Below, piece by piece: positions 58,078 to 64,000 of a stretch of DNA of 64,000 nt. The DNA comes from a virus (taxonomy: Duplodnaviria > Caudoviricetes): positions 1 to 64,000 of IMG/VR virus record IMGVR_UViG_3300028591_000164, one strand, 5' to 3'. Position 1 is the first letter of the stretch. Each line of letters opens with the position of its first letter. Made by a program: the position numbers and the translations under genes. The notes under the pieces were generated by a model, which ran no database searches, was not told the DNA's origin, and saw nothing but the letters and a program-made list of their open reading frames with translations.

Positions 58078-58957
58078 TATACTTATTAGAGGTTGCCGCA
58101 GGAGCAGGAGTGGTGCTCTTGTTCTTTGCATCAATTTGTAGCTGTTCAATTTCAGCCTTACGGGCATTAAAGCCTTTCTTAATTTCAACTGGGTCATATG
58201 CGAAATCTTCTTCCTTACCTTCATCATCACCCTTGGTAATAATAAGTTCACGCACCATACGAGTTGTAGTGTCAGGAACATCTTCGCCCCAAGAACTTGT
58301 AGAAGGTGCAGACTTCTCTTCGGTAGAAGTTACACGAATACGGCCCTTTACAGTGTTAGTATCATTTGGATTCCAATGGCTGCTGATATAATCAACCGCG
58401 TCAGGATTTTCTACAATAAACTGTAAAACATCAAGCTTGCCGCCATACTGAACTAGCGCGCCCTTGATAATTAGACGACCAGTAGGATCGCCATCGCGGT
58501 CAAGCTCATCAGTCATATCCATGATGAAAATATCTAGAATAAAAGATGCGACTTCGGGGGTATTACCAGCATTAACGAAAGAGGTATTAATCTGCCAACC
58601 AGTAATTAGCTGACCACTCTTAGATACAAAGTTATTTTCACGAATATTCGCACCAGTAATACGAATCGTATCCGCGCCGTCAATGCCATGATCCTGCGCA
58701 GTCTTCATCTTACGAAGGTCCTGAATGCTCTGCCACGCGGGATTAAGAGTACCCTTCTGCGTGAACTGAGAAGCAAACATGCTTACAGGGATTTCACTTA
58801 CTTCGTCATGGTCGCCATAATGCTGCGCTACACGAACGGTGATGTTCGCGCGCTCATATGGAACGCCCGCCTTGGTCTTACCACTATTAAAAGTTGCGTC
58901 TAGAAGCTTACCTACAATTGTTACCTTATTTGTTGATTGATCCATTAATGTTTTCAT
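58067..58957 (-). CDS. Putative ssDNA-binding protein (296 aa)
   Basis: Beta-rich, two OB-like halves, low-complexity tail, adjacent to the Sak4-like ATPase; inference. Confidence 0.5.
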   Translation of the reverse strand: MKTLMDQSTNKVTIVGKLLDATFNSGKTKAGVPYERANITVRVAQHYGDHDEVSEIPVSMFASQFTQKGTLNPAWQSIQDLRKMKTAQDHGIDGADTIRITGANIRENNFVSKSGQLITGWQINTSFVNAGNTPEVASFILDIFIMDMTDELDRDGDPTGRLIIKGALVQYGGKLDVLQFIVENPDAVDYISSHWNPNDTNTVKGRIRVTSTEEKSAPSTSSWGEDVPDTTTRMVRELIITKGDDEGKEEDFAYDPVEIKKGFNARKAEIEQLQIDAKNKSTTPAPAATSNKYTWE

Positions 58958-58983
58958 ATTATTTTTTCTCCATTTTTTTCTTT

Positions 58984-59012
58984 ATTATATTATAATTTTT
59001 ATTTTCTGTCAA
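58984..59012 (-). promoter_or_regulatory. Consensus sigmaA promoter
   Basis: TTGACA-17-TATAAT. Confidence 0.82.
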
Positions 59013-59048
59013 TTTTTAAAATGGACGGTTCCTTTTTGGAACCGTCCA
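59013..59048 (-). terminator. Intrinsic terminator
   Basis: TGGACGGTTCC-AAAAA-GGAACCGTCCA then TTTT. Confidence 0.75.
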
Positions 59049-59102
59049 CAGTAAATGTTTTTACATTTACAGAAACTGTTCCCACGCTGGTGGGTCAGAT
59101 AA

Positions 59103-59462
59103 TTAGGCGTTTTCCTTCGCAGCCTTAGCAGCAGCGCGTTCAGCAGCACGAGCAGCCTTCGCGGCTTCCTTAGCAGCTAGCTTCTCAGCTTCCTCGGCAA
59201 CAGGATCGTAGGATAGACCTGCTTCGGTTAGAGTGTGATATAGAACATTCTTAACCTGAGCCTTACGGGTCTCAGTAGCTTCGGTCACAACGACTTCCTC
59301 ACTACGGGTATTCTTGGCATAGCCCTTCTTAATTAGACCATTTAGGCTGCCAGTGACGGCGGGAACGGAAATACCTAGAGCCTCTGCAATCTAGGCCTTA
59401 GAAAATTCGCTACCATAGTTCTTCTTTAGATAATTTAGCACAAGTTCTGAGTTCTGAGTCAT
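59103..59462 (-). CDS. Winged-HTH DNA-binding protein with Ala/Lys-rich tail (119 aa, 1 TAG)
   Basis: SKA-Q-IAEALGISVPAVTGSLNGLIKKGY; RBS AAGGAG; AAKAARAAERAAAKAAK tail; high-expression codons. Confidence 0.7.
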
Positions 59463-59548
59463 AATAATCAATCTCCTTTTGTTTTAAAAAATTTATTTAT
59501 TTTATTTATATTAAAGCGGTAGGTTTTCCCTTCCCTCTTTATATACAT

Positions 59549-59577
59549 ATTATATCATACTTTTAAAGAATAGTCAA
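59549..59577 (-). promoter_or_regulatory. SigmaA-type promoter (tandem, proximal)
   Basis: TTGACT-17-TATAAT with extended TG. Confidence 0.8.
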
Positions 59578-59632
59578 ATATTTAATTCTGTTTTATATTT
59601 AAGAATTTTCATTTGCTCTTCTTTACATTTAT

Positions 59633-59661
59633 ATTATATCATGAATTTTTATTTTAGTCAA
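59633..59661 (-). promoter_or_regulatory. SigmaA-type promoter (tandem, distal)
   Basis: TTGACT-17-TATAAT with extended TG; -35 overlaps the upstream gene end. Confidence 0.78.
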
Positions 59662-60025
59662 ATAATTGATGGACTAATTTTTCAAATTCTTCGGGCTTAT
59701 CTTTTGTTTCATCTATAATTCTAGAAAGCTTAGGAATGGTGTCTGTTTTGTACCCATTAATTGCTTTCTGATACATAGTCACTTGGTCTTGTAGGTTATT
59801 AGTAATCATATATGACGCGGCAAGTAGCTTTGTATAATCATTATAAGTAGGTGTACCGCCATCTTTTAGTCTATCATGAAGTTCCATATAGTCATCACGC
59901 ATAGACTCCGCAACTTTATAACCCTTATCGTCATTCTTCTTCTTATCATAATCCATAACTCTTTCAGCCAATGTCGCGGCGGATAGAGCCATCTCTATAA
60001 ATAAATTTTGATATTCTTTCTTCAT
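59654..60025 (-). CDS. Hypothetical helical protein (123 aa)
   Basis: Track ORF with RBS GAGGT, TAA stop. Confidence 0.6.
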   Translation of the reverse strand: MKKEYQNLFIEMALSAATLAERVMDYDKKKNDDKGYKVAESMRDDYMELHDRLKDGGTPTYNDYTKLLAASYMITNNLQDQVTMYQKAINGYKTDTIPKLSRIIDETKDKPEEFEKLVHQLFD

Positions 60026-60035
60026 TTTATTAACC

Positions 60036-62423
60036 TCACATAATTTTAATTACAGCATTAGAATTACGTGCATCTATAATTTGCACGCCCGCAGTATTGC
60101 GACTCTGTACAGGAATACTATTGATTTCAAGTAGAACTGCCTTGTTATTGGCGGTTACAAAAATCTTATCCATTTCATCTGTAATTGCGCACATTGCGGC
60201 AAGCTGCTCATCTTTTAAATTCATTACTATCGCGCCTTTTGCTCCGCGCGCGGTTTCTGAAAATTCTTCTAATCCAGTAATTTTTCCACGTCCAGAACTA
60301 GAAATTGTTAGTAAGCCACGATATGTAATATTTTCTCTAATAAGTGCAGCGCATGATACATATTCATCTTTATTTAATTTAATTGCTTTAACGCCCTTTG
60401 TTGCGCGCCCAGTAGAACTTACTTCTGATAGATTGTAATAGTTATAAGAACCATTTACATTGCCAATAAATACTTTATCATTATCAGAATGAGATAGATA
60501 TACGCCTATTAGTGTATCATTCTCTTCAATTTTTACCGCGACTAAGCCTTTCTTATTTCTACTATTATACTCCTTAACCAACGTCTTTTTAATAAATCCA
60601 TTTTTACTTATCGTAATAAGATATTTGTATGCATTTAAGGAAGTTGTATCAATTAATAGAATAGGTTTTTCGTCATCTTGAAGCGCGATTAATTCATAAA
60701 CAGAATAATCTTTATCAGTATCTAACTCTCCAAGTGAGAAGCTATACATTCTACCGCGATCAGTAAATGCCGCGATCGTACCAAGATTTGTAGAATACAA
60801 AGTGTTAATTAAATTTGCGTTCTTTGGCGGCTTAATATTAACACCCTTTCTGCCGCGTTTTGCGCCTTGAAGATTATCTTTTTCAATTAAACGAATCATG
60901 TTATTATCAAATAACATAATACCCAATTCTTTTTCTTCAATTGGTTCAGTCGATTCATCATCTTGTTCTACTATATTTAGTATCTTTGTTCTACGTTCAT
61001 CACCAAATTTAGTAGCAACATCACGTAAAATTTTAATTAGTTCATTATCCAAAGCCGTAGAATCATTTAATAAGTAGTGGCACCACTCAATTTTTTCAGT
61101 AAGTTCTTCAGCTTCGTTATTCAATTTTACTATGTCTAATTTTGTTAATGAAGAAAGCTTCATAGCGAGAATTGCTTTGGCTTGTTCTTCATTAAAATCG
61201 TATTTTAAAATTAGTTTTTCCGCAGCTTCGGTTGGATTTGAAGACGCGCGAATAAGTGCTACAACTTCATCAATAATTGAATACGCCTTAATTAGACCAT
61301 CTACAATGTTTTTTCGCGCGAGAGCCTTATCTAAATCAAATTGAACGATATTGCGCTCACACTCGCGGATGTGTTTAATATACGCATCACATGCTGCACG
61401 CCAACCAAACAATTTAGGAAATCTACCTTGGTCTAGTAAAATCATATTTACAGAATACCAATTTTCTAGTGAGGTATCCTTATATAATTTTGCTATCATT
61501 TTATTTGGATTTGTGCCCTTCGTTAAATAAATACGAATGTCTGCGGTTTTCTTTGTGTGGTCTACAACACGCTCAATTCCATAACTTTCATTTTCACTGG
61601 TTATTGCCGCGAGTTGGTCAATTACTGTATTTGTAAATACACCATACGGTAATTCTGTTGCTTGAATCATATTCTGGTCAGGGAAATATTCAAGTTTCGC
61701 ACGTAAGCGAATTGACTCACCCTTACCAACACGTAGACTTTCTTTTACTTGCGCAGCATTTGTAATTGTGCCACCAGTCGCAAAATCTGGTTTACAATAA
61801 ATTTCATTAAAATCTATATCTGGATTTTGAATAATTTTAATAAGTGCTTCATTTACTTCGCGTAAATTAAACTGCGGAACAGAGGTTGCCATAGCAACAG
61901 CGATACCAGAACATCCATTTACAATATTCCAAAATCCAATTGAAGGAAATACGGATGGAATTTCTTCTGTATCATCATAATTCCAATATTTCTGATTTCC
62001 AATCGCATTCTTTTTTAATCCATCAAAGAGAATATTCGCGGTTTCTGCCGCTTTCATTTCTACATAACGCGCGGCCGCGTGACTATCTGGTGAAGATGGA
62101 TTACCATAGTTACCTTGAACCGCTTCAAGGGGATAACGATATGACCAAGGACGGGCTGCGCGGATAAATGTATCATACATCGCAGCGTCACCGTGAACAT
62201 ATGATTGCGTCATTGCCGCGGCGACGCTTTTCTGTGCTTTCTGATACTTATCTTTATATGTAAGTTTATTTGTAAATTGTGCATACAAGCCTTGCCGCAG
62301 ACCAATTTTCAGCATATCTCTTACATCTGGAATTGCTCGTTCCTGCGCGACCGATGCAGCATAGGCTAAGAATGCACTTTCAGTAGTTTTTTGGAAGTCT
62401 ACTTCTTTAATCAATGGGTTCAC
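60036..62423 (-). CDS. gyrA: Type IIA topoisomerase subunit A (GyrA/ParC-like, 795 aa)
   Basis: IPDVRDMLK, YVHGD, AAARYVE active-site Tyr, C-terminal beta-pinwheel repeats (GRATKGVKAI); gyrase versus topo IV not resolved. Confidence 0.9.
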   Translation of the reverse strand: MNPLIKEVDFQKTTESAFLAYAASVAQERAIPDVRDMLKIGLRQGLYAQFTNKLTYKDKYQKAQKSVAAAMTQSYVHGDAAMYDTFIRAARPWSYRYPLEAVQGNYGNPSSPDSHAAARYVEMKAAETANILFDGLKKNAIGNQKYWNYDDTEEIPSVFPSIGFWNIVNGCSGIAVAMATSVPQFNLREVNEALIKIIQNPDIDFNEIYCKPDFATGGTITNAAQVKESLRVGKGESIRLRAKLEYFPDQNMIQATELPYGVFTNTVIDQLAAITSENESYGIERVVDHTKKTADIRIYLTKGTNPNKMIAKLYKDTSLENWYSVNMILLDQGRFPKLFGWRAACDAYIKHIRECERNIVQFDLDKALARKNIVDGLIKAYSIIDEVVALIRASSNPTEAAEKLILKYDFNEEQAKAILAMKLSSLTKLDIVKLNNEAEELTEKIEWCHYLLNDSTALDNELIKILRDVATKFGDERRTKILNIVEQDDESTEPIEEKELGIMLFDNNMIRLIEKDNLQGAKRGRKGVNIKPPKNANLINTLYSTNLGTIAAFTDRGRMYSFSLGELDTDKDYSVYELIALQDDEKPILLIDTTSLNAYKYLITISKNGFIKKTLVKEYNSRNKKGLVAVKIEENDTLIGVYLSHSDNDKVFIGNVNGSYNYYNLSEVSSTGRATKGVKAIKLNKDEYVSCAALIRENITYRGLLTISSSGRGKITGLEEFSETARGAKGAIVMNLKDEQLAAMCAITDEMDKIFVTANNKAVLLEINSIPVQSRNTAGVQIIDARNSNAVIKIM

Positions 62424-62444
62424 TTCCTTTTCTTTATTTATTAT

Positions 62445-62473
62445 ATTATACTATAAAATTTAATTATTGTCAA
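62445..62473 (-). promoter_or_regulatory. Consensus sigmaA promoter for gyrA
   Basis: TTGACA-17-TATAAT; -35 overlaps the TGA of the upstream endonuclease. Confidence 0.78.
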
Positions 62474-63411
62474 TTATTAATTAACCATTTATCTGACATA
62501 ATATTTTCTAATGTAATTTTATCATAATCCCAGTATGGAATGCGTTTTAAGGGAATATTATGGGATTTTGCATATTCATCTTTTATCTTATCATATATTT
62601 GTCGTTCTTCAAGTGTTGTATTACCACGATCAGTTTCTTCAAAATGTTGTGTCCCATCAAATTCAAGTAAAAATTGATTATTTATAAGAAAATCATATTT
62701 GAGTTTATAATGTTTTGGTGAAATTAAATCATCATATACCTTTTGAGTTTTGAATGGTATGTTATTTTTTAATAATAATTGAATTATTTTTTCTTCGCCT
62801 TTTGAACGTATACAACCGCAACTCATTGTATGGCCACTAATTAATTTACTAGTAACCACTTCACATGTATTGCCACAATCGCATTTACACAAATGGACCC
62901 TTTCTCCACGATTATTAGAGTAAAGATATGATAATACAGTTAATTTCCCAAATTTTTTCCCAATTATATCTTTTCTAGAACTTAAAGAAGCCTGTAATTT
63001 TTGCTCACAACCACAACTTTTTGTATGTCCTGTAGTTAAACAAGAAGTAATTACATAGGTTATATTACCGCAATCACATTGACATTTCCAAAGTCTTTGT
63101 CTATAATTATTACTTCCAACTGGTTCTAAAACTAATAATTTATTAAATTTTTTTCCAACTAAATTATACCCTTTAGTAAGAGCATTTGTTTCTTTTCTAA
63201 AACATCCGCAAGATATAGTATGACCATTGCGAATATTTCCGCCAGAAGCAGTAAAAATATTTCCACAATTACATTTACATTTCCAATATATTTGTTTTGA
63301 TTGAATATGCATTTTTGTATATTCTAAATCTTCTTCTATAACTATAATACGACTATTGGGTACGCCATGCTCTTTCATAACCCAACCAGTCATATCAATT
63401 TTTTTCGCCAT
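62470..63411 (-). CDS. Free-standing homing-endonuclease-like protein (313 aa)
   Basis: Three W/L-x-C-x-C-x-CGN...SCGC repeats plus a DUF559/Vsr-like C-terminus (KYDFLINNQFLLEFDGTQH...LKRIPYW). Confidence 0.75.
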   Translation of the reverse strand: MAKKIDMTGWVMKEHGVPNSRIIVIEEDLEYTKMHIQSKQIYWKCKCNCGNIFTASGGNIRNGHTISCGCFRKETNALTKGYNLVGKKFNKLLVLEPVGSNNYRQRLWKCQCDCGNITYVITSCLTTGHTKSCGCEQKLQASLSSRKDIIGKKFGKLTVLSYLYSNNRGERVHLCKCDCGNTCEVVTSKLISGHTMSCGCIRSKGEEKIIQLLLKNNIPFKTQKVYDDLISPKHYKLKYDFLINNQFLLEFDGTQHFEETDRGNTTLEERQIYDKIKDEYAKSHNIPLKRIPYWDYDKITLENIMSDKWLINN

Positions 63412-63415
63412 TATA

Positions 63416-64000
63416 TCACCTATTCAAAATATTAAAATCAACATTCTCAAATAAGAATTCTCTTCTACCTTCAACTTCCGGTCCCATTAGTATCATTAAA
63501 CTTTCCGCTGCGGCTTCAACATCATGAATAGTAAGAACTTCAAGGCGTCTTTCAGTTGGATGAAGCATAGATTTTTCCATATCATCTGCACTTAATTCGC
63601 CCAACCCTTTTGCCCTTGTGATATCCCAATTTTCACGACCTTTTCTAATAGAAGCAAGTTCATTATCATCATAAGCGAATAATTTTTGATTACCTTTTTC
63701 AATTTTATAAAGTGGAGCGCGAAGCCAACACAGACGGCCTTCCATTACAAAAGAGGGCATTAGTGTATGGAATAAAGTTGCAATTAGACACATAATAGAA
63801 TATCCATCAACATCAGCATCTGTTGCAATTGCGACTTTACCATAATTTAATTTTCTACTATTATATTTTTCTTGAATGCCACATCCAAGCGCCATAATAA
63901 TATCAGATACTTCCTGATTTTCAAGACATTCATCAAGCGGATGCTTCAATAAATTTTTAACCTTTCCGCGCACAGCGTATAACGCTTCTTTATTAACATC
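63416..64000 (-). CDS. gyrB: Type IIA topoisomerase subunit B, C-terminal part (runs off window)
   Basis: RGKVKN, IATDADVDG TOPRIM, PLY, KGLGE. Confidence 0.9.
   Translation of the reverse strand, partial: DVNKEALYAVRGKVKNLLKHPLDECLENQEVSDIIMALGCGIQEKYNSRKLNYGKVAIATDADVDGYSIMCLIATLFHTLMPSFVMEGRLCWLRAPLYKIEKGNQKLFAYDDNELASIRKGRENWDITRAKGLGELSADDMEKSMLHPTERRLEVLTIHDVEAAAESLMILMGPEVEGRREFLFENVDFNILNR

Noticed and set aside
38167-61344. Plus-strand track ORFs over the replication arm (e.g. 38167-38520, 38873-39109, 42778-43005, 43925-44206, 57689-57922, 60097-60438)
   Set aside because: Antisense to motif-bearing genes; no supporting features.
63405-63420. TGATATAAT extended -10 in front of the free-standing endonuclease
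   Set aside because: It overlaps the RBS, the gyrB stop and the ATG itself, so a transcript would start downstream of the start codon; likely coincidental.
1-64000. CRISPR array, tRNA or suppressor tRNA, integrase, tail sheath, holin/endolysin
   Set aside because: None recognisable; intergenic gaps are short and accounted for by RBSs, promoters and terminators.

Overview
64 kb of a large, AT-rich tailed-phage genome (siphovirus-like, no sheath gene; consensus sigmaA-type promoters and GGAGG RBSs suggest a Firmicutes host, and class III RNR an anaerobe). TAG is read as Gln (code 15), so the supplied standard-code ORF track is badly fragmented. Re-read with TAG=Gln, 1-37,966 (+) is one morphogenesis arm: terminase, portal, protease/scaffold, capsid, neck and tail genes, two paralogous tail-tube genes, an apparently uninterrupted ~6,220-aa tape measure protein with a ~720-800-aa triplication, Dit and a 1,796-aa Tal/tail-tip protein. 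A bidirectional terminator separates it from a convergent (-) replication arm: gyrB/gyrA with a free-standing endonuclease, SSB-like, Sak4-like ATPase, helicase, primase, RecJ, DnaE split by a group I intron with an HNH-AP2 endonuclease, nrdD-nrdG followed by a formate/nitrite channel, a membrane-anchored GIY-YIG protein, dUTPase and RuvC. No tRNA, CRISPR array, integrase or lysis gene was recognised. Translations and counts were done by eye and need computational confirmation.
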